Assembly: GCA_964487045.1 (NCBI GenBank)
Contig: CAZAOT010000002.1
Coordinates: 195,511-259,510, forward strand
Length of the DNA stretch: 64,000 nt
Direction: 5' to 3'
From: an uncultured Candidatus Saccharibacteria bacterium
GTDB lineage: Bacteria > Patescibacteriota > UBA1384 > DTJR01
The translations under genes were made by a program, and so were the position numbers. The stretch's first letter is position 1; the number at the start of each line of letters is the position of its first letter. The notes below the pieces were generated by a model. It worked only from the letters and a program-made list of their open reading frames with translations, was not told where the DNA came from and searched no databases. Below are positions 55,331 to 64,000 of the stretch, piece by piece.

Positions 55331-56794
55331 ATGGCTATAAAGCAACAAGCATTAGAAAAATATCTTTGGGGAGCAGCGACTTTGCTTCGTGGTGTTATCG
55401 ATGCCGGAGATTATAAGCAATACATCTTTCCTCTACTTTTCTATAAAAGAATATGTGATGTATATGACGAAGAAACCGCTACAGCCTTAGAAGAATTCGG
55501 GGGTGATTTTGCAGAAAATCATCGTTTCAAGGTTCCGAAAAATTCACATTGGAATGATGTCCGTCAGATTACGGTGAATGTTGGACAAGCGCTACATACT
55601 GCCTTGAGAGAAATCGAAAAAGCTAACCAAGATATGCTCTATGGGATATTTGGTGATGCATCTTGGACGAACAAAGATCGCCTTTCGGATGAAATTTTAA
55701 TAAATATACTCGAGCATTTTTCTGAACAAAATCTAAGTGTAGCGAACGTTCCCAACGATGAGTTGGGCGATGCCTATGAATTTTTGATTAAAAAGTTTGC
55801 AGATGATAGCGGTCACACAGCAGCTGAATTTTATACAAACCGAACCGTGGTTCATTTAATGACTTTAATAATGGACCCACAGCCAGGTGAAAGCATTTAT
55901 GATCCGACATGCGGTTCAGGCGGACTATTACTTAATTGTGTAAATCATTTGAAAGAACGAGGTAAAGAATTCAGAACACTCAAGCTGTACGGACAAGAAC
56001 TAAATCTTATGACCTCGTCTATCGCTCGTATGAATATGTTCCTGCATGGGATCGAGGATTTTCAGATTGTTAGGGGGGACACGCTTGCCCAACCTAAGTT
56101 CCTTGAGAATGACCAGCTTAAAACATTTGATGTCATTCTGGCTAATCCACCTTACTCAATTAAAAGATGGAATCGTGATGCATGGACCAAGGATCCATAT
56201 GGCAGAAATATTTACGGAACACCACCACAAGGTTGTGCTGACTATGCTTTTGAGCAGCATATTCTTAAGAGCTCAAATATAGAGCGAGGTAGAAGCGTTG
56301 TTCTTTGGCCACATGGAGTTCTCTTTCGGAATACCGAACAAGTATTTCGTGAAAAGATGCTAAAAGACGATATTGTAGATGCGGTGATTGGTCTTGGGCC
56401 GAACCTATTCTATAATTCGCCGATGGAATCCTGCTTACTGGTCTGCAGAAGTAACAAACCCGAAGAACGTAAAGGTAAGGTAATTTTTATAAACGCCGTT
56501 AATGACGTCACTAGACAGAATGCCTTTTCTTATTTAGAAGATGAGTCCATTCAAAAAATCTATAATGCCTACAAAGCTTTTGAAGATATTAATGGATTCG
56601 CCAAAGTTATTGACAATGATGCAATTATTTCAAATAAATCAAATCTGAGTATACCCCTTTATGTTTCACAAATTTCTTCAACGGAGGAGCAAAAAGATGT
56701 TATGGAAGTCGTTAAAGAATGGGCTGAAAGCAGCAAAAAGTTAAAAAAGAGTGCCGAGGAACTTTTTCAGATGATCGAAAAGGAGTTGATATGA
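55331..56794 (+). CDS. hsdM: Type I R-M methyltransferase subunit 2 (NPPY)
   Basis: AEFYTNRTV, DPTCGSGG, LANPPY. Confidence 0.93.
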   Translation: MAIKQQALEKYLWGAATLLRGVIDAGDYKQYIFPLLFYKRICDVYDEETATALEEFGGDFAENHRFKVPKNSHWNDVRQITVNVGQALHTALREIEKANQDMLYGIFGDASWTNKDRLSDEILINILEHFSEQNLSVANVPNDELGDAYEFLIKKFADDSGHTAAEFYTNRTVVHLMTLIMDPQPGESIYDPTCGSGGLLLNCVNHLKERGKEFRTLKLYGQELNLMTSSIARMNMFLHGIEDFQIVRGDTLAQPKFLENDQLKTFDVILANPPYSIKRWNRDAWTKDPYGRNIYGTPPQGCADYAFEQHILKSSNIERGRSVVLWPHGVLFRNTEQVFREKMLKDDIVDAVIGLGPNLFYNSPMESCLLVCRSNKPEERKGKVIFINAVNDVTRQNAFSYLEDESIQKIYNAYKAFEDINGFAKVIDNDAIISNKSNLSIPLYVSQISSTEEQKDVMEVVKEWAESSKKLKKSAEELFQMIEKELI

Positions 56795-57942
56795 TGGCAG
56801 CCGAATCACAAATAAAAAATATCTTGAATAATGAGGATAAATCTACTTGGGATTTGGTGTCTTTTGGCGATGTAGCAAGGGAACCGAGAGAATCGATCTC
56901 AAATCTTGAAGAAAGTCAAGTAAAACGGTTTGTCGGCCTAGAGCATATTAGTCCCAAGGATATTCACATCAGGTCATGGGGCGATGTTTCCGATGGAACT
57001 ACTTTCACCAGATCATTTAAAAAAGGGCAGGTGCTTTTCGGTAAAAGACGTGCCTATCAAGGCAAGGCTGCTTTAGCGGACTTTGACGGAGTTTGTTCTG
57101 GCGACATATTAGTTCTCGAGGCAAATGAAGAAAAAATGGAGCCAGGGTTATTGCCATTCTTAGTACATAGCGAAGGTTTTTATAATTGGGCCGTAAGCAC
57201 TTCTGCGGGATCACTTTCTCCTCGTACAAAATTCAAAGATTTATCTCGATACGAATTCCGGCTTCCGCCACGACTTCTTCAGAAGCAAATGGTGCGAATA
57301 CTGTGGGCTATCGATGAGGCTGAGAGTGGGTATATTAAGTTCTGTGAATCATTGAAATCAATGAAGAAGGCACTTTTCCAATTCTTCACCAGAGAAGCCG
57401 AACCAAAAAAAAGACTTGGAGAGTGTCTTATTCTTTCAAAAAAGAAGAGTGCATATCCTCACGAGGAAAAGTATTATTTAGGATTGGAGAATATCGATTC
57501 AGGGGCTTATGTTACAAATAGATCTATAGACGCGAAAGCAGTAAAATCAACCTGTAATATTTTCACAAAAGGTCAATTGCTTTACAGTAAACTTAGGCCC
57601 AATCTGGATAAAGCGATCATCTCAAGTTTTGAAGGTATTTGTACAACCGAGCTTCTTGTCTATGATGCCAAAGATAACAATAATTTGTATTACATTCTTA
57701 ATTTCTTACACTCAGATGATTTTATCCATTATGCAACTTCAAGAAGTTTCGGTACTAAAATGCCAAGGACATCACACGAGATTATTTCTGAATATTTGAT
57801 TTACGCTCCCACTGGCAAAGAACAAGAAGAGATATTAGAACAATTTTCCAAGATAAACGAATTAGAAGAAAGCTCTAAATCTCTGTTACGTAAGATAAAT
57901 CAGATAAAAACATCAATTATAAGTAAGGGGTTTAACAAATGA
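56791..57942 (+). CDS. hsdS: Type I R-M specificity subunit
   Basis: Two TRDs (GQVLFGKRRAY; GQLLYSKLRPNL), each followed by PP..Q / P..EQ helices. Confidence 0.93.
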   Translation: MMAAESQIKNILNNEDKSTWDLVSFGDVAREPRESISNLEESQVKRFVGLEHISPKDIHIRSWGDVSDGTTFTRSFKKGQVLFGKRRAYQGKAALADFDGVCSGDILVLEANEEKMEPGLLPFLVHSEGFYNWAVSTSAGSLSPRTKFKDLSRYEFRLPPRLLQKQMVRILWAIDEAESGYIKFCESLKSMKKALFQFFTREAEPKKRLGECLILSKKKSAYPHEEKYYLGLENIDSGAYVTNRSIDAKAVKSTCNIFTKGQLLYSKLRPNLDKAIISSFEGICTTELLVYDAKDNNNLYYILNFLHSDDFIHYATSRSFGTKMPRTSHEIISEYLIYAPTGKEQEEILEQFSKINELEESSKSLLRKINQIKTSIISKGFNK

Positions 57943-60911
57943 CATTTAATGAACTAAATACAACAGAACACTTTATTCTGAATGAATTAGCTGGGATCAG
58001 CTTGGAGCAGCTTAAGGATGAGAATTATCGTGCTTCCGAGTCAGCCTTTCAGCCCGGTTCTGGGCAGTGGATTTATGCACCGTATAACCAATTGAAAAGA
58101 GAATTTTCGGATGTGCTTATTGAGTCTTTGCTCAAGGATGCACTTGTTCGGCTAAATCCCGACATTGCGACAAACCCTGCAAGAGCAGATGAAGTAATAT
58201 ATAAATTACGTGCCATTCTAATATCTGTTGGTAACTCTGGGTTGGTTCGAGCGAATGAGGAATTTTCAGCGTGGTTGCGGGGCGATAAGAGCATGCCATT
58301 TGGTGAAAATAATCAGCATGTAAGTATTAACCTGATCGATTTTGAAAATCCAAAGAACAATACATATATTGTTACAAATCAATACACTGTAAAAGGATCA
58401 GCTGAAAAGCGACCAGATATGGTTATGCTGGTGAATGGAATTCCTCTTGTTACAGCTGAATTCAAAACTCCGGTTCGTCCGGCAATCTCATGGCTTGATG
58501 GCGCAATTGATATCCACGATGATTATGAGAATACGATTCCTCAATTATTTGTCCCGAATGTATTTTCTTTTTCAACGGAGGGTAAAACATTTCGTTATGG
58601 TTCAGTAAGAATGCCACTTGAACTTTGGGGTCCTTGGCGCAATCAAGCCGCAAGCAGCTCGGGTTTATCAGAAATCAAACAAGCTCTGAACGGTTTGCTC
58701 AAACCAGAGAACATGCTTGATATGCTACAGAACTTCACTTTATTTGCTACGGACAACAAGAAACAGAGAATTAAGATTATCGCTCGATATCAGCAATTCG
58801 AAGGTGCAAATATGATTGTTGAACGAGTAAAAGCTGGTAAGCCTAAAAAAGGTCTTATTTGGCATTTTCAGGGTTCTGGTAAATCTTTGTTGATGGTTTT
58901 TGCGGCACAGAAATTGCGTCGTAGCCCAGAGCTGAAGAGCCCAACTGTACTCATTGTCGTAGACCGTGTTGATCTAGATACTCAAATCACAGGAACCTTT
59001 AATGCTACCGATGTGCCAAATGTAATATCCACCGATAATAGGTCAGAGCTTCAGGAGTTGCTTAGCAAAGACACAAGAAAAATTATCATCACAACTATTT
59101 TTAAGTTTGCAGAAGCGGATGGAGTTTTGAACGATAGAGAGAATATCATTGCGCTCGTTGATGAGGCTCATCGTACCCAAGAAGGTGATCTGGGAAGAAA
59201 GATGCGTGACGCCTTACCAAATGCGTTTCTTTTTGGTCTAACTGGAACCCCTATTAACAAATCTGATCGTAATACTTTTTGGGCTTTTGGCGCCGAAGAG
59301 GATGAACAAGGTTACATGTCGAGATACACATTCCAAGATTCGATTCGCGATAATGCCACGCTCCCACTTCATTTTGAACCACGGTTGCTCGAAGTTCATG
59401 TTGAAAAAGATTTGATTGATGCAGAATTCGATCTGATAACTGAGCATTTATCTGAGACCGATAGGACTAATCTCGTCAAAAAAGCGGCGCAAATGTCAGC
59501 GTTTCTTAAATCCCCAGCTCGTGTCCACATGATAGTAAAGGATATAGTTAACCACTTTAATACTAAAGTCGATCCATTCGCATTTAAAGCACAAATTGTC
59601 ACGCCTGATCGAGCTGCCTGCGATCAATATAAACAGGAACTTGATAAATTGTTACCTCCTGAAGCAAGTGCCGTTGTTATTTCAACTGGTGGCAAGGGTG
59701 AGTCAGATACCGATCTTAAGCAAAAATATTACATTACCAAAGAAGAACAGGAAAAATTACTCGATAATTTTAGAGATCCTCAGCATCCATTAAAGTTCTT
59801 AATTGTGACTGCAAAGCTCCTGACTGGCTTTGACGCACCTATTCTTCAATGTATGTATCTCGATAAAGCCCTTAAAGATCATAATTTATTGCAGGCAATC
59901 TGCCGAACAAACCGTGTTTATAAAGATAAAACGCATGGTTTAGTGGTTGACTACTTTGGTGTGTTTGATGATGTTGCAAAAGCTCTTGAGTTTGATGACG
60001 CTAGCGTCCGCTTGGTAATCACTGATATCAACGAGATTAAAAGTAAGCTGCAACAACTCATCGACCAGTGCCTTTCTCATTTTGGTGAAGTTGATCGTTC
60101 GGTTGAAGGTTACGAAGGACTGTTGCTTGCTCAGGATTGCCTAAATACCGACGAGAAAAGGGATGAATTCGCCGCTGACTATAGTTTGTTATCTAGAGCA
60201 TGGGAAGCGTTATCTCCCGACCCAATTTTGAATAAGTTTCAAAAAGAATATTCTTGGTTATCTCAGGTTTACGAATCGGTTAGGCCAGCATCGGGTGATA
60301 CAGGGAGGTTGTTGTGGCATGCGCTTGGTGCCCAGACGATGAAACTTGTACATGATCATATCCAAGTTCAGCGGGTCAATGATGATTTAGAAGAGATAGT
60401 CCTTGATGCTCAAGTTGTTGAGGATTTGATGAAAAAAGGAAACGAGAAAAATATCAAGCTCATTGAACTAGAGATTAGTAAAAGACTTAGTGGTCACGGA
60501 AATGATCCTAAGTTTGTGGCCTTGGGCATTCGGCTGGAGGAATTGCGGGACAGGGCTGAAAGGGGTTTGATTAACAGTGTTGAGTTTCTAAAAGATCTTA
60601 TTCAGATCGCGAAAGATACAGTGCAACTTGAGAACAAGTTGGATCCACAAGAGAAGAAAGACACTGCTAAGACCGCCCTCACAGAATTGTTCTTGGAGAT
60701 GAAAACAGAACAAACTCCCGCGATAGTAGAGAGAATTGTAAATGACATTGACGAAATAGTAAAGATTGTGCGTTTCCCTGGTTGGCAAAGTACGGCAGCA
60801 GGCGAAAGAGAAGTTAAACAGGCTCTCCGCAAGACGCTCTATAAGTATTCTCTGCACAAAGACAATATTTTATTCGATCGATCCTACGAATATATAAGGC
60901 AGTATTACTAA
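57939..60911 (+). CDS. hsdR: Type I R-M restriction subunit
   Basis: RPD...NGIPL..EFK, HFQGSGKS, DEAHR, TGTP, TGFDAP, QAICRTNR. Confidence 0.96.
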   Translation: MTFNELNTTEHFILNELAGISLEQLKDENYRASESAFQPGSGQWIYAPYNQLKREFSDVLIESLLKDALVRLNPDIATNPARADEVIYKLRAILISVGNSGLVRANEEFSAWLRGDKSMPFGENNQHVSINLIDFENPKNNTYIVTNQYTVKGSAEKRPDMVMLVNGIPLVTAEFKTPVRPAISWLDGAIDIHDDYENTIPQLFVPNVFSFSTEGKTFRYGSVRMPLELWGPWRNQAASSSGLSEIKQALNGLLKPENMLDMLQNFTLFATDNKKQRIKIIARYQQFEGANMIVERVKAGKPKKGLIWHFQGSGKSLLMVFAAQKLRRSPELKSPTVLIVVDRVDLDTQITGTFNATDVPNVISTDNRSELQELLSKDTRKIIITTIFKFAEADGVLNDRENIIALVDEAHRTQEGDLGRKMRDALPNAFLFGLTGTPINKSDRNTFWAFGAEEDEQGYMSRYTFQDSIRDNATLPLHFEPRLLEVHVEKDLIDAEFDLITEHLSETDRTNLVKKAAQMSAFLKSPARVHMIVKDIVNHFNTKVDPFAFKAQIVTPDRAACDQYKQELDKLLPPEASAVVISTGGKGESDTDLKQKYYITKEEQEKLLDNFRDPQHPLKFLIVTAKLLTGFDAPILQCMYLDKALKDHNLLQAICRTNRVYKDKTHGLVVDYFGVFDDVAKALEFDDASVRLVITDINEIKSKLQQLIDQCLSHFGEVDRSVEGYEGLLLAQDCLNTDEKRDEFAADYSLLSRAWEALSPDPILNKFQKEYSWLSQVYESVRPASGDTGRLLWHALGAQTMKLVHDHIQVQRVNDDLEEIVLDAQVVEDLMKKGNEKNIKLIELEISKRLSGHGNDPKFVALGIRLEELRDRAERGLINSVEFLKDLIQIAKDTVQLENKLDPQEKKDTAKTALTELFLEMKTEQTPAIVERIVNDIDEIVKIVRFPGWQSTAAGEREVKQALRKTLYKYSLHKDNILFDRSYEYIRQYY

Positions 60912-60920
60912 ATTAACCTT

Positions 60921-62480
60921 ATGAAACTTCTATTAGCTGGTCCCGGTACAGGTAAAACGACTAAGATAAAGGAGATGTTGACATCTCACTCCAATCTGGA
61001 TAGGGTGTTAGTTTTGTCTTTCACGAATGCTACAGTCCAAGATCTGATCCAAAGCTTTGCTGAAGATGGAATCGATATTACAGACCGTAATTGCCAGACA
61101 CTGCATAAATATGCATTGAGGCTGAATCATCAAAAAAATTTGCATATCCTAAATTCCGTTGAGGAAGATTGTCTTGGTTTTTATTCGAAAAAGTTCAATA
61201 TAGCTTTCCGCGATTTGTGTCGCGTGTTGGGGTGTATAACATTCGATCAAATGATTGTCCAAACAACGGCATATATTCAATCTAACCCAGCGTATCTTAA
61301 TGACCTTATTGGAGAAATAGATTTATTGATTGTCGATGAATATCAAGATTTTAACCAAACTGAAAGAGGTCTTATTTCATTAATTTCACAAAATGCAAAT
61401 GATTCCATCATATTAGGTGATGACGATCAATGCATATATGATTTTAAAGATGCAGATGCAGACGGAATAATGCAATTATATAACGACAGTGATGTCGAAA
61501 ATTTAGATCATCACAATGTCTGCTACCGTTGTCCGGACTGTGTTATTGACGCTTCTACTTCTCTTATTCAAAATAATCAACGGAGAGTCGCTAAGAATTG
61601 GATCAAAAATGGTAAAGAGGGTCAGCTTACATTTTGTCAATTTAGAACTCGGGATGAAGAGGCTGATTACATAATCAAAGAGATAGCATCCATTAAAAGT
61701 AACGACCCCAATTCAAGCATTATGGTTCTTTCGTCAGTAGGGTTTGCGCTAGATATAATTCATGACCAGCTCATCGAAAAAAACATTGAATTTGCTAATC
61801 TTTGCAGCCAAAAAATAGATCTAGAGAGCTTGAAAAAGCTTTGGGAAGTCAGGGCTATTCTAGGTAGTAAGAAAATACTGAATTTGCTATTTTTAATATT
61901 CCCTGGCATAAAAGGCAGTAAAAAATTATTAGCTGCACTAGCAACGAAGATGGGCGATACCTTAAGTGTCGAGACTATCGTAGACTTTATTGAGAATAAC
62001 AAGCTCATTGATTTTGATCTCCTCGAGTCGATAAAAAAAGGTCGATCTCTACAGGATCTGGTAAATGAATCTCAATATCTATTCCTGGCAGAACACCTGA
62101 ATGAATCAAAACTCGAGAGTGATTTAGAAAAGATCTCGCAGCTCATAACGGAGCCTGTATCTTTTGACCAAAATGGTATAAATCTTCTTTCCATCCATAA
62201 GTCAAAAGGCTTACAAGCGGAAAATGTGTTCATCGTCGGAGCAGTTGAAGGAATATTGCCCAATGTTCTTAGGGGGTTAGACAGTATTGAAATGCAAAGA
62301 AGATTACTTTTCGTTGGTATGAGTCGTTCCAAATCTAAACTCTATATTACATCAGCGATTGAATGGGACGGGAAATATGTAAATAAGTCAGACAAGGCTC
62401 AGTTTAAGTTTGACTTTAGATCTAGAAAGTATCTAGGCCGTGCATCTACATTTATATCAGAACTTAATTTACCGCAATGA
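60921..62480 (+). CDS. UvrD/Rep-family (SF1) helicase
   Basis: AGPGTGKT, DEYQD, GDDDQCIY, YRC, SIHKSKGLQ, RRLLFVGMSR. Confidence 0.92.
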   Translation: MKLLLAGPGTGKTTKIKEMLTSHSNLDRVLVLSFTNATVQDLIQSFAEDGIDITDRNCQTLHKYALRLNHQKNLHILNSVEEDCLGFYSKKFNIAFRDLCRVLGCITFDQMIVQTTAYIQSNPAYLNDLIGEIDLLIVDEYQDFNQTERGLISLISQNANDSIILGDDDQCIYDFKDADADGIMQLYNDSDVENLDHHNVCYRCPDCVIDASTSLIQNNQRRVAKNWIKNGKEGQLTFCQFRTRDEEADYIIKEIASIKSNDPNSSIMVLSSVGFALDIIHDQLIEKNIEFANLCSQKIDLESLKKLWEVRAILGSKKILNLLFLIFPGIKGSKKLLAALATKMGDTLSVETIVDFIENNKLIDFDLLESIKKGRSLQDLVNESQYLFLAEHLNESKLESDLEKISQLITEPVSFDQNGINLLSIHKSKGLQAENVFIVGAVEGILPNVLRGLDSIEMQRRLLFVGMSRSKSKLYITSAIEWDGKYVNKSDKAQFKFDFRSRKYLGRASTFISELNLPQ

Positions 62481-63199
62481 ACTATCGTCTAATTGCAATT
62501 CAAATTGGAGATATGCTGAAATATGACTCAACCGTTAACGACATTAATCGCGCCGCCCAATCAGTATTTAGTTTCAAATGCGACACATTCCCGAATGAAT
62601 CGATTACTTCTGTCCGAGCTCAATCGATTTTCGACTGGGTGATGTCGCTCGCAAGGCAAAGAATGGACAATGATGAGCGAAATGCGAGATTGCTTCAATT
62701 TATCGAATTGATCACTCCTGAATCTTTCAAAGACGCAATTAACAAAATATTAGATCAAGGCGGGCTTCTAACTCAGTCGGCAGTATCAAAAAATGACTTT
62801 CACAGCAGAAACTTTCACTCAGAGATTAATAAACATTGTTTGAAGTTATTTTCTCAGGGTAATTATTTTCATTCAGTCTTTGAGGCAGCAAAAGTGTTCA
62901 ATAAAAAAGTTCAGGAGAAAGCCAAGAGTGTAAAAGATGGTCAAGCTTTGATGATGGAGGCTTGGACGAGTTCGGGAGTATTAAAACTGACGCGTTGTGA
63001 AAGTGAAACCGATAAAAATGTTCAAGAGGGAGTCAAGTTTCTTTCGGCGGGACTGATGCAAGCGTTACGAAATCCAACTGCGCATGAACCGGCACTGGAT
63101 TGGCCAATATCCAAAGAAGATTGCCTGGATATGCTTAGTTTTATTTCGTATCTTCTAAGGCAATTGGATAAAGCAGTGTTTTTTAAGCAAGAGAAATGA
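62477..63199 (+). CDS. TIGR02391-like protein (Rx4H motif)
   Basis: FHSEI...YFHSVFEAAK...DGQALM...QEG...LRNPTAHE. Confidence 0.8.
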   Translation: MNYRLIAIQIGDMLKYDSTVNDINRAAQSVFSFKCDTFPNESITSVRAQSIFDWVMSLARQRMDNDERNARLLQFIELITPESFKDAINKILDQGGLLTQSAVSKNDFHSRNFHSEINKHCLKLFSQGNYFHSVFEAAKVFNKKVQEKAKSVKDGQALMMEAWTSSGVLKLTRCESETDKNVQEGVKFLSAGLMQALRNPTAHEPALDWPISKEDCLDMLSFISYLLRQLDKAVFFKQEK

Positions 63200-63993
63200 A
63201 ACTGAATTATCTTTTTGACTCAAATGCCGTACTAGTACAAGATGAGAATCCAAATGAAATTCACGACTTATACACCTTTAATTTTTTAGGAGAAAAAATC
63301 ATCTGGAAGGCTCAAAAGCCCGGGCGGGAGGTCGTCCTAGAGTTAGTTCTGCGTAACCAGAACTTTAAGAAGAAGATTGAGAAAATTCTAAAATTTGCGT
63401 CACTTGTTGTATATAGGGACAGCCATGTGGATAGCTTTAGATACTTGTTTCACGTGAACGCTAATGTAGGTCGATTACCAAGTCAGGCCGGACTAGAAAC
63501 TAGATTTATCGTTATTGGTAACGAGCCATTATTCACAAACAAAATGTGGTCTATGCTATCTTTTTATCTTGAGGCTAAAAATTCCACAAGTTTTTATTAT
63601 AAGTTTATTTGTTTGTATAAAATTATAGAGATTGATAATTTGCGGAATGAAAAACGAAATGGAAAAAAAATTCTAGTTGAAGATTCGCAAGCAACACAAA
63701 AGTATATCGAAATGGAAATAAGCAATATTCTAACCCGACAAGAGCTTGATGAACTCAATAGAGAGGTTGAATCAACAATGCTGAAAAATAAAAATATCGG
63801 AGAATATTTTAAGCATTTATTTCGTGATGCATTTGCTCACACCGGATACTTGACCAGAAACGATTATAAATTCGGTTATCCTACGATGAATCCGACAAAT
63901 TTTGATGATTATTTAAGATACCAGAAAGCCGTCAACTGGTTTGATGAAATAGCCAAGAGAGCAGTAAGAAAGAACGAGCCGAAACTAGCATGA
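63196..63993 (+). CDS. Hypothetical protein with putative HEPN-like C-terminus
   Basis: FYYKFICLYKIIE...FRDAFAH (Rx4H); ATGA-coupled to neighbours; next ORF starts at 63990. Confidence 0.65.
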   Translation: MKLNYLFDSNAVLVQDENPNEIHDLYTFNFLGEKIIWKAQKPGREVVLELVLRNQNFKKKIEKILKFASLVVYRDSHVDSFRYLFHVNANVGRLPSQAGLETRFIVIGNEPLFTNKMWSMLSFYLEAKNSTSFYYKFICLYKIIEIDNLRNEKRNGKKILVEDSQATQKYIEMEISNILTRQELDELNREVESTMLKNKNIGEYFKHLFRDAFAHTGYLTRNDYKFGYPTMNPTNFDDYLRYQKAVNWFDEIAKRAVRKNEPKLA

Positions 63994-64000
63994 ATTATCT

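Larger units (their letters stand above)
52309..64000. mobile_element. Integrative defence island downstream of tRNA-Arg(TCT); right end outside window
   Basis: Serine recombinase next to the tRNA, then type I R-M and defence-like genes; no second att seen in window. Confidence 0.7.

Noticed and set aside
60921-62480. Gabija GajB call
   Set aside because: No GajA-like ATPase/TOPRIM gene adjacent within the window

Overview
Low-GC bacterial chromosome segment. Gene content and style (mraZ-rsmH-ftsL-ftsI, alr, recO, GlmU N-domain only, short UvrC, tRNA-linked serine recombinases, DUF5659) suggest a Patescibacteria/CPR genome; this is inference. The left third is housekeeping (dcw start, alr, recO, mutM, galK, uvrBAC). 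It is interrupted at 5.1-11.3 kb by GC-richer units, three of which sit behind unannotated promoter + leader peptide + antiterminator/terminator attenuators: a Leu-codon leader before an orphan leuA, an FWFYF aromatic leader before four unknown small proteins (three Cys/Zn-type), and a third leader before a hairpin-rich region. Seven tRNA genes are present (Glu, Lys, Arg-TCG, His, Pro, Gly, Arg-TCT). Several are accompanied by a covarying ~65-nt structured element and by sense or antisense copies of their own 3' ends. Two serine-recombinase defence islands are present: a type IIS-like R-M island at tRNA-Lys, and a two-HsdM type I R-M + helicase + Rx4H-protein island at tRNA-Arg. There is also a 783-bp duplication with a chimeric junction, ABC exporters, and a two-component system with four matching operator boxes, one of which drives a candidate sRNA. 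All calls were read by eye; no database searches were run.
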